NCBI GenBank assembly: GCA_963719515.1
Contig: CAVRCJ010000011.1
Coordinates: 1-64,000 of the forward strand
Source: an uncultured cyanobacterium
GTDB lineage: Bacteria > Cyanobacteriota > Cyanobacteriia > CAKZMO01
Direction of reading: 5' to 3'
DNA length: 64,000 bases
The stretch's first letter is position 1, and each line of letters starts with the position of its first letter. Under the pieces are notes generated by a model that had not been told where the DNA came from, searched no databases, and was given only the letters and a program-made list of their open reading frames with translations. The translations under genes and the position numbers were made by a program. Positions 11,306 through 21,875 of the stretch are shown here, one piece after another.

Positions 11306-12727
11306 CTAACGCTCTCCCTGAATTTGACTCATCGCGTCTAAATCCAGCACCGCCGCCAGCTCCTCCTTGTCCATGAGGCCCTTCTCTAGCACCAGCTGCC
11401 GCAGCGACTTCCCCGTCGCCAAAGACTCTTTGGCGATCGCCGCTGCATTCAAATAGCCGATGTGGGGGTTAAGAGCGGTTACCAGCGCCAAACTGGACTC
11501 AGCGTAATCGTGGCAGCGATCGCGGTTCACCGTGATGTCCTGGAGGCATCGCGTCGTCAGAGCCTCCAGCGTATTGCCCATAATCTCAATGCTGTGGATC
11601 AAGTTATAGGCGATCAGCGGCATCATCACGTTGAGCTCTAGCTGTCCCGCTTGGGCCGCTAGAGCAATGGCGCTGTCATATCCCATCACCTGAAAGCACA
11701 CCATGGAGGTCATCTCTGCCATTACGGGGTTATATTTACCCGGCATAATCGATGATCCGGGCTGTACCGGGGGCAGCTGAATTTCCTTGAAGCCGGTTTT
11801 AGGCCCGGAATCCATAAGCCGCAAATCATGGGAGAGCTTGGCGCAGTCTTGGGCTAGGTTGCGCAGCGCCCCGGACACGTTTACAAAAGGAGCCATACTC
11901 TGCATCGCCGCCATGGGGTGGGCTGCTGGCTCCAGCGGCTGAGCGATTAGCTCGCCCAGCTCCCTTGCCACGCGCCGCCGATAGTTGGGGTGGGTGTTGA
12001 GGCCAGTGCCTGCAGCGCTGCCGCCTAACCCCAGCTGCATGAGATCCTGCGCTGCCGTGTGGAGGCGTCGCTGATGGTCTGTCAAGATGTATTGCCAAGC
12101 GCGAAAGCCCTCCCCCAATCGCACCGGTACGGCGTCCTGCAGATGGGTACGCCCAGATTTCACCACGTCTTGAAACTCATTGCCCTTATTTTCAAGGGCT
12201 GCGATCGTCGTCGTGAGCGCGGGGTAAAGGCGACGCTCCAAGGCCAGCAGCCCTCCCACCCGAATAGCGGTGGGAATCACATCGTTGGTGGACTGACCGT
12301 AGTTAACGTGATCGTTGGGGCTGACGCGCTGGTAATTGCCTTTTTGGTCCCCTAGAATCTCTAGCGCCCGGTTAGCTAGCACCTCGTTGACGTTCATATG
12401 GTGGGAGGTGCCTGCCCCAGCTTGGTAAACATCTACCACAAACTGATCCCGCAGGTTTCCGGCCAGCACCTCATCAGCGGCCTGCACGATGGCCCGCTGC
12501 AGCTCCTCGGAGATGCAGCCTAGCTCACCATTCGCGATCGCTGCCGCTTTTTTGATCAGAACGCAGGCGTCGACGTAGGTGGAGAGGGGGCGCAGGCCGC
12601 TGATGGCGAAGTTCTCGGTAGCCCGAAGCGTCTGAATCCCGTAATAAACCGAATCGGGAAGCGATCGCTCCCCCATAGAGTCTTTCTCTGTGCGGGTCCG
12701 CGCAGTCTCAGGTTGTGTTGGCACCAT
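11306..12727 (-). CDS. aspA: aspartate ammonia-lyase / class II fumarase family
   Basis: RTEKDSMG, GSSIMPGKYNP, GQLELNVMMP. Confidence 0.85.
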   Translation of the reverse strand: MVPTQPETARTRTEKDSMGERSLPDSVYYGIQTLRATENFAISGLRPLSTYVDACVLIKKAAAIANGELGCISEELQRAIVQAADEVLAGNLRDQFVVDVYQAGAGTSHHMNVNEVLANRALEILGDQKGNYQRVSPNDHVNYGQSTNDVIPTAIRVGGLLALERRLYPALTTTIAALENKGNEFQDVVKSGRTHLQDAVPVRLGEGFRAWQYILTDHQRRLHTAAQDLMQLGLGGSAAGTGLNTHPNYRRRVARELGELIAQPLEPAAHPMAAMQSMAPFVNVSGALRNLAQDCAKLSHDLRLMDSGPKTGFKEIQLPPVQPGSSIMPGKYNPVMAEMTSMVCFQVMGYDSAIALAAQAGQLELNVMMPLIAYNLIHSIEIMGNTLEALTTRCLQDITVNRDRCHDYAESSLALVTALNPHIGYLNAAAIAKESLATGKSLRQLVLEKGLMDKEELAAVLDLDAMSQIQGER

Positions 12728-12846
12728 GGGTCAAAAAGTGAGGGTTGTCCTGTCATAGCCTTGTGGTTAAAGCGTAAGCCATTTTTGCCTAGTGCCGCTC
12801 GGCCCCGACTGACCGCTGCTAGAACAGCCTCTGCCTTGATGCACTG

Positions 12847-12923
12847 GATTCAATGCCCTGGGTTTAATGCGCTAATTCAATGCCCTGATTCAATGCGTCA
12901 AAACTCAACGCATTGAATCAGGG
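12847..12923. repeat. about four degenerate 13-14 bp ATTCAATGC(C/G)CT units ending in a 16-bp perfect hairpin
   Basis: CCCTGATTCAATGCGT (12883-12898) pairs with ACGCATTGAATCAGGG (12908-12923). Confidence 0.7.
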
Positions 12924-13301
12924 TGATTTACCCCGAGGTTCTAGAATGCTGCGCTGGTGCACTGCGCTCAACAACGGCAACAGTTAAACTGCATACTTCA
13001 CAAAACTGTAGAGATCGGATACTCTACTTAATGCTGAATTCACTTTATAGTCTGAGGTCACACAACGCCGCCAACAGCCTGTAGACCGAAGAAACTGCCT
13101 CAGAGAGAGGCTTTGACTACTCTGGCGGGTGCCCTCTCAGGAACGCTCTACCTCTTGACCTATGCCATAAAGGCTAAGGTTTTCTTCCCCTCTGCGGTTT
13201 TTGGCCTCTTAGGGTCAAGCAACTTCTCTGGGAACAATACAGCCACCGGTCAAGATTCAACAGTGATTTGAGCTAGTCCCCCTTTAGATAGAGCAGGCTA
13301 C

Positions 13302-14120
13302 ATGATGGTGTTCTCTCGACGATCAGGAGTTGTTTTGAGTCGCAGCGCACCTGCTGAGCAGCCGAATGGGTCCTGCATGAGGCCATCGTCATCCCAGCCT
13401 GGTCTCCCCACCAGCAGTCCCCAAGCGGATCTGACGCGCCAAGGGTATCGCCTTTACGAATCTCATCAGTACAAATCTGCCATTGTCTGTTTTAATCGAG
13501 CCCTGGCGCTGCGGCCCAATGAGAAGCTAGCGCTTCACGGTAGAGGACTCTCTCACGCTCAGCTGAGCTGCTATGAGACCGCTGTAGAAGATTTCGAGCG
13601 AGCGCTACAGATCTGCTGTGAGGATGCGCAGCTTTGGTACAACCACGGCATGGCTTTGACTTGCCTCAAGCAGTATCGCAGCGCTATTCGCAGCTTCGAT
13701 CGTTCAATTGAGCTGAATCCCAGCAATCACCATGCCTGGTACAACCGCTCGCGATCGCTGCAGGCCTGTCGTCACTACCGCGCGGCCCTAGAGAACTTAA
13801 ACCGAACGGTTCACCTCAAAGCAGACTGTCACTACGCCTGGAGCTATCGGGGCTTTGTCTTGGCCGCAATGAGGCGGTATCACGAGGCAATTACTAGCTT
13901 CAACAGATCTCTTCAAATTGACGAGCATCACTTGAGCGCCTGGTGCGGTAAGGCGCAGGCTGCTGTTCGAATTGATGACCTAGAGGCCGCCATATACTCT
14001 CTCCATCGAGCCTTTAGGCTTAACCCCGTTGAATATCAACACCTCGTCCGAGCGAGGCGAGAATTTGATCCCGTGCGCTCAGATCATCGGTTCATCAATC
14101 TCATCTCGAATCTGGTTTGA
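13302..14120 (+). CDS. tetratricopeptide repeat protein (start uncertain)
   Basis: repeated WYNxG / AxxxFDRAL TPR units. Confidence 0.85.
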   Translation: MMVFSRRSGVVLSRSAPAEQPNGSCMRPSSSQPGLPTSSPQADLTRQGYRLYESHQYKSAIVCFNRALALRPNEKLALHGRGLSHAQLSCYETAVEDFERALQICCEDAQLWYNHGMALTCLKQYRSAIRSFDRSIELNPSNHHAWYNRSRSLQACRHYRAALENLNRTVHLKADCHYAWSYRGFVLAAMRRYHEAITSFNRSLQIDEHHLSAWCGKAQAAVRIDDLEAAIYSLHRAFRLNPVEYQHLVRARREFDPVRSDHRFINLISNLV

Positions 14121-14305
14121 GCACAGAACATAAGACGAACCGAGACACCGCCCAGTTGTAAATTTTTGTGAATAAAATGAGCGGATCCTTGTAGTGCTCT
14201 TGCCCGGCTTAGATAATTCGAGGGTTAGCCGCTCCTCGCCTCTTGTAGATTGTCAGATGCGGTTGAGGGGAGCATTGATAGTTGGTTTAGGAGCGATCGC
14301 GCAAC

Positions 14306-14857
14306 ATGAGTTTTATAAAAAAGGTCTTTTCTGGAATTCTTGGTTTTTTACAGGGGCTGCTGACCGGCGTCACCAAAACCCTAGGCGTCGGCAAGTCTGA
14401 ATATTTTCTAGAGCTGCTGGACGACGATGCTTCAAGCAATGAGGTCGCTCCGAGCCCCTCACCAAACGGCAGCGCTTCGAGCGCAGTCGAGACGCCAGCC
14501 GCAGCTCCCACGCCGTCAGCCCCCCCAAGCGCCGCGCCGCCGCGCGCTAACTCAGGCTCGTCTTCCTCAAAAGCGCCCTCCCGCCCCTCTGCCCCCGAAC
14601 CTTCTCTAGACGTCATTACGCCAACTGCAGACCCTGCCCAGTCGATTCAGACGCCGGCTCAGCCTAGGACTACAAAGCCAGCAGACTCGACGGTGCTTGC
14701 CCCCTCCAGCAATAGCGAGAACGGCAGCGAGCCTAAAGCTGGGACCTTTGCTCCCAACTTCTTGCTCAATCGCTCTACCTTGGGGGGACGGCGGCGTCCC
14801 GGTCCCAGTCTGAACCCGTTCAAGGCTATGGCGAAAGATTTAGGTGGCGCGAGCTAA
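14306..14857 (+). CDS. Pro/Ser-rich hypothetical protein
   Basis: amphipathic N-terminus, low-complexity middle, C-terminal RRRPGPSLNPFKAMA. Confidence 0.7.
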   Translation: MSFIKKVFSGILGFLQGLLTGVTKTLGVGKSEYFLELLDDDASSNEVAPSPSPNGSASSAVETPAAAPTPSAPPSAAPPRANSGSSSSKAPSRPSAPEPSLDVITPTADPAQSIQTPAQPRTTKPADSTVLAPSSNSENGSEPKAGTFAPNFLLNRSTLGGRRRPGPSLNPFKAMAKDLGGAS

Positions 14858-14916
14858 TGCCGCTCTAGCCTAGGGTATCCGAGAGTCTCTCTAGGCTTTC
14901 CTTTTACGACCGAAAA

Positions 14917-16056
14917 TTAGGACCGAAAATCCTCAGTAGGTTGGCAAAACACCAAGCTACTGTAGATGTGAAACGCCTTATCCCAAGGCGTTTTTCGCTT
15001 TCTAAGGATCTCGATGTGGGGATCAAAGGTTGGCAGAGTTCCTACAGGATCTAGCGCAGACTCTGCAAACGGGATGAAGTCTGTCCAAACTTGGCCTTCA
15101 AAATGGTTTGAGAGGGTTTGCCGCAGCGCTTGCCACTGGCGGCGGCGCGTCATGCCGAGGTCCATTGACTGATTGGGAGCTGAGCGAGTGCTAGGAGAGA
15201 ACCGATAGGTTTGATCGCAGAGCCTTAGGATACTGCGTCGCTGGGGCAAGTGCAGGTCGAACAGATAGGCGTAGTCCTGGGTTTTCTGTTTTCGCATCAG
15301 CCGCTTGCGGGCGTCTCTGTCAACGACCTCCTCGAAAATAGGCAGTCGTCCCTCGACGCACTGAGCTACTTCTTGCCATGTGAAGGCTAAGTTCCCCAGC
15401 TGTCCGGCCTCATTCTCGCAGAGAACCGTCGGGGACTGCAGTTGCTGAAACGCTTTCACCCGAAAGACGTGAATATTCAGGATGTCCTGTAAAGGCAGCA
15501 GCTGCGCTGGGATATTGGCCTGCTGCAGCTGCTGCCAGTAGCGACCTAGGGGCTCGAGTTCCCCTACATGATGAAGCCGCCATCCCCTCACCGGCAGCTG
15601 AGTGCGCGCCGTATAGCGGTCTATGCCAGCGAGCTGGGAAAAGGCGGCGATCGCCTGCTCGCGGCTGGCCTCCGCAGTAGGCTGTAAAACTAAGAGCGCT
15701 TCGGCAGCGGTTGTCAGCTGGCTGCGGGGGGAACGGGAAGCTGGGTCAGCAGACGTACTTTTAGCAAAAGCCCCTTTGGAAGCCTCTAAGGCAGCCCTCC
15801 CCTCAGCAGAGGTCAGCGTAGAGGTCAGCCGACGCAGCCCCTGCTGAGCCTGCTGAATGACCTGTTGATTCGTCGTCTGCAATAGCCGGCGATAAATTGC
15901 CTGGGCCTGCTCTGAGCGTTTATAGGCTTCGTGAATCTGACCGGCATAGAGCTGCAGCCAAGGATTGTGGGGCTGCTCTTTGAGCAAGGGTTTGAGAAGA
16001 CGAGAGGCTTGAGAATAATCTCGCCGTTCAATTGCGGCGGCGACCTGCTTGATCAT
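14917..16056 (-). CDS. TPR-containing cyanobacterial conserved protein
   Basis: N-terminal TPR-like helices; long ORF directly downstream of rsmE. Confidence 0.75.
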   Translation of the reverse strand: MIKQVAAAIERRDYSQASRLLKPLLKEQPHNPWLQLYAGQIHEAYKRSEQAQAIYRRLLQTTNQQVIQQAQQGLRRLTSTLTSAEGRAALEASKGAFAKSTSADPASRSPRSQLTTAAEALLVLQPTAEASREQAIAAFSQLAGIDRYTARTQLPVRGWRLHHVGELEPLGRYWQQLQQANIPAQLLPLQDILNIHVFRVKAFQQLQSPTVLCENEAGQLGNLAFTWQEVAQCVEGRLPIFEEVVDRDARKRLMRKQKTQDYAYLFDLHLPQRRSILRLCDQTYRFSPSTRSAPNQSMDLGMTRRRQWQALRQTLSNHFEGQVWTDFIPFAESALDPVGTLPTFDPHIEILRKRKTPWDKAFHIYSSLVFCQPTEDFRS

Positions 16057-16114
16057 AGGGCTAGGCTGTAAGTCAGGGACTAAATTGGTAAGGGTGGCGA
16101 CGCTGACCGCCGGA

Positions 16115-16861
16115 TCATTGGGAGGGAAGAGAGGTATCAGAGGCCGCTGCGATGAGCGTCATAGCGGCAACGGGAGCCGTAACGGCCCTCAAGATGCGCT
16201 TTCCCAAGCCGACGAGCTGGTATCCTGCGGCGGTGGCGGCGTCAATCTCAGCGTCAGTCCACCCCCCTTCAGGGCCTATAGCCAGGACGAGGGCCGCAGG
16301 AAGTCGGTTTGAGGAGATGAGGTGAGTGAGCAGATGCGCTGCTGGGCGGCGGGCGGCGCAGAGGTATCGAACCGGTAATGCTGTGGCATCGGCTGAGTCG
16401 ATTGGAGAAGCTAAGGTGGCTCTAAAGGACTGTACTGCCGCCACCTTAGGCCAGTGCTGCCGCTCTGACTGTTCAGCAGCCTCCTGAGCTATCCGCTGCC
16501 AGCGCGCTAGCTTGTGGGCGCTTGGCCTGAGAATGACGCGATCGCTAACCATAGGCTGAATTAGATGGACGCCTAGCTCGGTAGTCTGCCGGATAATGTC
16601 TTCCAGGCCCGTCTTAGGCATAGCAATCTGCAGGGTTACCCGACAGCCGATCTCAGTGGCGGTGCAGTGGGGACCAATAATAGTGGCAGAAGACTCGTCT
16701 TCTAGAGTCGCTATCCAGCTCTGGTCTTGCTCGTCTAAAGCAATAAAGCGATCGCCCTTGCGCAGCCGCAAAACACGATAGAGGTAGTGGCTTTGTCCGG
16801 GATCAAGGGGGAGCCTGCTGCTCGGCTGAGAGGAAATCACGATGCGCTGTAAACCGGCCAT
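16115..16861 (-). CDS. rsmE: 16S rRNA m3U1498 methyltransferase
   Basis: HYLYRVLRL, EAAEQSER, IGPEGGW, LGKRILRAVTA. Confidence 0.95.
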   Translation of the reverse strand: MAGLQRIVISSQPSSRLPLDPGQSHYLYRVLRLRKGDRFIALDEQDQSWIATLEDESSATIIGPHCTATEIGCRVTLQIAMPKTGLEDIIRQTTELGVHLIQPMVSDRVILRPSAHKLARWQRIAQEAAEQSERQHWPKVAAVQSFRATLASPIDSADATALPVRYLCAARRPAAHLLTHLISSNRLPAALVLAIGPEGGWTDAEIDAATAAGYQLVGLGKRILRAVTAPVAAMTLIAAASDTSLPSQ

Positions 16862-17074
16862 ACCCCGCTTGCTGTTAACGACGCTAAAATCAACACGCCT
16901 CTCTTCAAGCTTGCAATTCTGGAGAGAGTCCTTTAGTGTCTAGTATGGTCTAGATGCCGCCTGTGGCGGAACGTAAATCTGCTATTTGTTCAATTCCGTC
17001 ACGTTTGACAGATTGCGAATGGCGTACTGTTGCTCTTCAATAAGTGTATTCAAACAGTCCCTAAAGGTGCGATT

Positions 17075-17632
17075 ATGGAACCCGACGTAAATCAAAATAT
17101 TCCAGGTGCAACTCCTGGCACAACAGATACCAGCGTGAGCGGCATCGGCACCGATGCTGTTGATGCTAAAGGTGTAGACACTACACCTGTATACGGTACG
17201 ACCGGCACGGCTTACGCGACCACCGATCCCGCTGACGTCAGCGCGACCGGTGACGCTGTGGAGACCAAAGAGCAGTGGCAAAAGATCGGCGAGCAAACAT
17301 CAACGTTTCTCTCCGAGCTGCCCAGCTACGTCTCTGAGTTTTTTGGGCAATACAGACGCCCTATCACCACGATTGGCCTCATCCTGGGCACCATCTTGGC
17401 GGTTAAAGTGGGTTTGGCAATTTTGGACGCCATCAACGACGTCCCCCTGATGTCTCCCATTTTCGAACTCATTGGCATCGGCTATTCTATCTGGTTCGTC
17501 TACCGCTATTTGCTCAAAGCCTCTGACCGCGCTGAGCTGTCTGAAGACTTCGCTGCGCTTAAGGCACAGGTGCTAGGCGGAACCGATCGACTCTTAGATC
17601 GGTTCTCCTCTGACGAGAAGATTGGCAGCTAA
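17075..17632 (+). CDS. curT: CAAD-domain thylakoid curvature protein (CurT-like)
   Basis: AILDAINDVPL...FELIGIGYSIWFVYRYLL...R. Confidence 0.8.
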   Translation: MEPDVNQNIPGATPGTTDTSVSGIGTDAVDAKGVDTTPVYGTTGTAYATTDPADVSATGDAVETKEQWQKIGEQTSTFLSELPSYVSEFFGQYRRPITTIGLILGTILAVKVGLAILDAINDVPLMSPIFELIGIGYSIWFVYRYLLKASDRAELSEDFAALKAQVLGGTDRLLDRFSSDEKIGS

Positions 17633-17670
17633 CTCCGCTGACAATCAACTAAACTTGACTACTCCCACGG

Positions 17671-18889
17671 CTAAAGCACGTGGGATTCCCCGGTCACCCG
17701 AGGAGGGTTCTGCTTCGTAGCACCTGCCTTCCGAGATTTGCTCTCCTCGGGTCTTACAGTCGCTCCACAGACTGACACCGCTAGACCAGCGGCCAATACG
17801 TTTACAGCGGCATTGATATCCCTGTCGTGCTTCACTTCGCACTCAGGGCACTGCCACTCTCGAATATTCAGCGGCAGCTTATCTACAACGTGACCGCAGC
17901 TGCCACAGCGTTTAGAGCTGGGGAACCATCGGTCTATTTTAACCAGCTCCCGCCCGTACCATTCGCACTTGTAGGTAAGCTGCCGCACCAACTCCCCCCA
18001 GCTCGCATCACTGATAGCGCGCGCCAAAGAGTGATTGCGGACCATGTTCCCCACTGCTAAGTCTTCGACGGCGATCGCTTGGTTTTCGCGCACCAGCCGG
18101 GTTGTCAGCTTGTGTTCGCGAAGCGTCCCGAAGGGAAGCAGGTCTTTGCGGGCATTGGCTATCTCGGCGTGGACCCTAGCCACCCTGAGCCGCGCTTTGT
18201 ATCGGTTGTTCGAGTCCTTTTGCTTGCGGCTGAGCGCCTTTTGAGCTTTTCTCAGCTTGCGGTACTTAGCCCGGAAGCCTCTTTGGGTTGGCAATCTTCT
18301 CGCCGGTGCTCAGCGTGACCAGACTGGTGATGCCCAAGTCCAGGCCAACTCTGTTAGGAGATTGTGGCAGTGGCTCAATGTCCACCTCCACCAACAGCGA
18401 CAAGAACCACCGGCCTGCAGGCGTCAGCTTGACTGTGATGGTCGATGGTGCGGCCTCTTTCGGGAGCTGACGCGACCACCTAATCGGCAATGGCCCGCAG
18501 CACTTAGCTAGGTAAACTTGACCGCCCTTAAACTTGAATGCCGCCTTGGTAAACTCTGCGCTGCCGCCGTTGTGCTTCTTTTTGAAGTTGGGATACTTAG
18601 CCCGACCGGCGAAGAAGTTAGTGAAGGCGGTCTGCAGATGCCTCAGCCCCTGCTGAAGGGGAACTGAGCTAACCTCAGTAAGAAATTCAAGGCCCTCCTC
18701 TTTTTTCCACTGCGTCAGCATCGACGAGGTTTGAGCGTAGCCGACACGTTCTTGCTTCTGGTACCAAGCCTCAGTCCTTGCCGCCAAAGCGCGGTTGTAG
18801 ACCAAGCGAGCACACCCCATCGTCCGGCGCAAGAGTTGTTCTTGCCCCACAGTAGGATAGAAGCGGTAGCGGTAAGCCTTTTGAACCAT
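17671..18889 (-). pseudogene. tnpB: TnpB RNA-guided nuclease, +1 frameshift near 18281 and a 21-nt in-frame insert
   Basis: KAYRYRFYPT, VGLDLGI (RuvC-I), IAVEDL (RuvC-II), CGSC...CPEC zinc finger, HDRDINAA (RuvC-III), split over two frames. Confidence 0.9.
18115..18135 (+). repeat. 21-nt SDR-like mini element inserted in tnpB
   Basis: TTCGCGAAGCGTCCCGAAGGG adds PFGTLRE inside the KDxLHKLTT motif. Confidence 0.65.
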
Positions 18890-19042
18890 ACTTACAGCTT
18901 AGCGCTCGCTGTGTAAAGTGTGGATATGTTCGCTAACGCTCACCGCCTTATGTCCCACCCCTAAAGCGGATGGGTTTTACGGCGACCTCTATAAACCAGT
19001 AGACAAAAGGGCGCAGATCGATGCGCCCTTTTGCTTTTCGCT

Positions 19043-19507
19043 TTAACCCCGCTGTAGCCAACGAGAGAGGCGTATTTTGTTGACGGCGTAGAGGGACGGC
19101 TGATGATGCTCTGCGACAATCCAGGCGGCCAGAAGGCCGTGGAGGACGAGCACGCTCAGTGACCAAGCTTCGGGAAACCACGCCCAGCGGCTGTCCGGCA
19201 GCGGCGGAAAAATATAGCTGGCTAAACCCACAAGCGAAAAGGGCACCAGCGCCAGGATAAGCGAAATTCCCCAGATGGCAGGGGTAGCGGCTTGCCCACC
19301 CGGGACAGCCCAGCGATCGCCCAGCCAGCGCCAGGTGATCGGTTGAGGCCCATCCAAAACCCGTGCGAGCTGTTCAGCGTAGCTCAAATCGAACAGGTGA
19401 CGGCAGAAGCTGCAGGCAAAAGCGTCCATCAGCGTCAAGCGAGAGATTTGGCCGTGGCGGCACACGGGGCAAAGGTATTGTCCGTCCGGGAGCAGGGAAT
19501 GTGACAT
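19043..19507 (-). CDS. conserved cyanobacterial membrane protein with N-terminal Cys cluster
   Basis: YLCPVCRHG...DAFACSFCRH, two TM segments. Confidence 0.8.
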   Translation of the reverse strand: MSHSLLPDGQYLCPVCRHGQISRLTLMDAFACSFCRHLFDLSYAEQLARVLDGPQPITWRWLGDRWAVPGGQAATPAIWGISLILALVPFSLVGLASYIFPPLPDSRWAWFPEAWSLSVLVLHGLLAAWIVAEHHQPSLYAVNKIRLSRWLQRG

Positions 19508-19558
19508 AGGGTACGCGGTCCGACCTCTCTAGGATAGATCAGCGACGTCGCGTGATGC

Positions 19559-19876
19559 CTATCGGCGAGCGAGGTCACAGGATTTTTGATGGATTGTATT
19601 GAGCTGATTTATCAGAGCGTCGGCCGCTGCATGAAGGTTGAGCAGCTCGAGCTGGTGCGCAGGCTGGTAGAGCAGCGCCCTGATGGGCTTGGTGGGGGTA
19701 TCTGGAGCAGCGGTATCTTCAGCAGGGTGCTCAGCGTGGTTGGGTCGGGCTTCAATGCGGTCAGGGCGACCGTCGATGCGGTCAAGACGATGGGCGCGGT
19801 CGAACGATGCTGTGGCCGATCGCTCTTTGTGGAATGCGGCAGTAGACGCACAGTCGTTCGATGATTGGCTTAGCAT
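19559..19876 (-). CDS. hypothetical protein
   Basis: ORF ending YQPAHQLELLNLHAAADALINQL. Confidence 0.5.
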   Translation of the reverse strand: MLSQSSNDCASTAAFHKERSATASFDRAHRLDRIDGRPDRIEARPNHAEHPAEDTAAPDTPTKPIRALLYQPAHQLELLNLHAAADALINQLNTIHQKSCDLARR

Positions 19877-20152
19877 GATGTTTACTCGTCTCTCGTGAAC
19901 TACCAAAGCAGCCGAATGTGGCTCTCTAGAACTGACTCCGAAGCACAGGCAGACTTCAAGCTGTGAATCCATTGAGGTCAAAATTCACAAACTCAGTCGA
20001 TATTGTACCGTAAGTCTAGTATTCGATTGTATTCAGGATGATTAGAGTGCTCTAACCTACTGTGTCGCTTTCCGGACTGGTTCGCCCCGGCTCCCGTTCA
20101 GCTAAACGCGGGGCAGGAGCAGCAGGTTGGGTAGCTTCCCAGAGGGGAATTC

Positions 20153-21703
20153 TCACGTCACAGGCGCTGAAAATAAGAGCCGCACAATAACTTGAGGTGC
20201 CGGCAGCAAAATTAATACCAATAGGCCGAGGGTCACTAGCCCAAGAAAATCGCGCCTATTGTCTAACTCACTGACGTCGTTCAGAGCCGGTTCATCGATG
20301 ATGGGCATAAAGAATAGCAAGATAGCCCAAATGAGCAGCTCATTTTGCACAAACGCCAGCGCTAGCACCAAAAAGCGCGCCACCTGTCCGATCACGACCC
20401 CTGCTCGCTGTCCAAACATGGCGTGAACAATGTGGCCTCCGTCTAGCTGCCCGACTGGAATCAGGTTCAACGCCGTGACCACCATACCCAAGCAGCCTGC
20501 GATCGCAACAGGGTGTAGTTCCAGAGCGCTAGTGGTCAAAATCTGACTGCCTAGCGCTAACCGGCTGAGCACTGCGATCAGTAGCGAGGCACTGGGGTCA
20601 AAAGAGCTGACGTTGAACAAGCCAGACTCCTCGCCCAGCTGTCCCACAGAGGAGTGGGCGAGTCCCCAGAGTAGAACGGGTATCGTGACGATGAAGCCGC
20701 CCAGCGGACCAGAAATACCCACGTCGAACAAGGCCCTGCGGTGGGGAAGGGGCGATCGCGTTTGAATAAAGGCTCCGAAGGTTCCAAAGGGAAAGATATT
20801 GGCGGGGGGCACCGGGATGAAGTAAGGCAGCGTCGCCTTGAGACCGTATCGACGGGCCGCAAAATAGTGGCTCAGCTCGTGAACCCCCAAAATTGCGAGC
20901 AAAGACAGGCTGTAGGGTAAGCCTCTTGAAAGCTGGCTGAGACTTGCCTCAAGATCATCCGGAGCTAGCCCCGTTAGCAAAACGCCTGCGAGAGTAGTGG
21001 TCAGCAGAGTGGCCGCCAGCAGGGCGAGGGCTACCCAGGGGCGAGAGCGAAACGACCTCCGCTGGGCGAGCAGCGTGTTGGGAACCAGCGTAAAAAAAGG
21101 TTTGCCGTCTAGCCCCTCCTGAAACACCAGCAAAAAGCGATCGTTGAATTGCTGCTGGATGTTTTTCCAAATGGTTTTGTAAGCGGCTTCCGGTGAGGTT
21201 CTTAAGGTGCCCTTACAGACAACGGCTTGAGGACGGTATTCGATATTTCGCAAATAGTATACTGACCAGGGAAAGCAGGTCTTGAGGGCGTCTTCTTCTT
21301 CTTTATCGATGGGACGGGGGGGCGGCTGAGAGGGCGCGGACAGCTGCGTCATACCGGCGCTGGTCTGCTCGGGAGGCCCTCCCGGCGGTGCTGGCTCAGC
21401 CCCCGTCTTGGACTGCTCAGACTGAGGCTTAGCGGGGTAGCCGGACTTGGGCCGTCCCCACTGAATGAGCAGCCAATAGACAACGGGACAGCCAATCAGG
21501 GGAACAAGAAGCCAAGCTAGGGGAATGTCGTTGCCGCCGTTGGCCATGGTCCAGGCAGTCCAAATAAACGCAGGGGTCATCATGACGGCCCACAGCAGCC
21601 AAATGGGGGTCCGAGTGATCCCAGCGACGCTCCGGCGAACAATAAAGTATGTAAATATCCCGAGCAGGATCAGCGAAAACACCATGCGCAAGGTCTCAAG
21701 CAA
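20153..21703 (-). CDS. site-2 (M50) intramembrane metalloprotease
   Basis: HELSH and NLIPVGQLDGGH motifs. Confidence 0.93.
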   Translation of the reverse strand: MLETLRMVFSLILLGIFTYFIVRRSVAGITRTPIWLLWAVMMTPAFIWTAWTMANGGNDIPLAWLLVPLIGCPVVYWLLIQWGRPKSGYPAKPQSEQSKTGAEPAPPGGPPEQTSAGMTQLSAPSQPPPRPIDKEEEDALKTCFPWSVYYLRNIEYRPQAVVCKGTLRTSPEAAYKTIWKNIQQQFNDRFLLVFQEGLDGKPFFTLVPNTLLAQRRSFRSRPWVALALLAATLLTTTLAGVLLTGLAPDDLEASLSQLSRGLPYSLSLLAILGVHELSHYFAARRYGLKATLPYFIPVPPANIFPFGTFGAFIQTRSPLPHRRALFDVGISGPLGGFIVTIPVLLWGLAHSSVGQLGEESGLFNVSSFDPSASLLIAVLSRLALGSQILTTSALELHPVAIAGCLGMVVTALNLIPVGQLDGGHIVHAMFGQRAGVVIGQVARFLVLALAFVQNELLIWAILLFFMPIIDEPALNDVSELDNRRDFLGLVTLGLLVLILLPAPQVIVRLLFSAPVT

Positions 21704-21875
21704 TATTTAACTGCCTACCGACTATCCTGTATGGATTTACAGCAAATATCACCAGCATAGACGAAGCTATGGCGATGATGTTACCGTACGGCAGCCTACT
21801 GACTACAGCATAACGTTTCACCCTACACTTCTATCTGCGCAAGATATCTTTTCTGCCGAGGCGCTTGTAAGAGAA

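Larger units (their letters stand above)
17655..18990 (-). mobile_element. non-autonomous IS200/IS605 (IS1341-type, tnpB only) element
   Basis: left-end hairpin CCCATCCGCTTTAGGGGTGGG after TTTAT; right-end hairpin CCCACGTGCTTTAGCCGTGGG followed by AGTAGTCAA; no tnpA. Confidence 0.85.

Noticed and set aside
13050..13150. Glycine-riboswitch-like words (CCGAAG, CTCTCAGG)
   Set aside because: Could not build the required stems or GGAGA motif; the downstream TPR gene is an unlikely target
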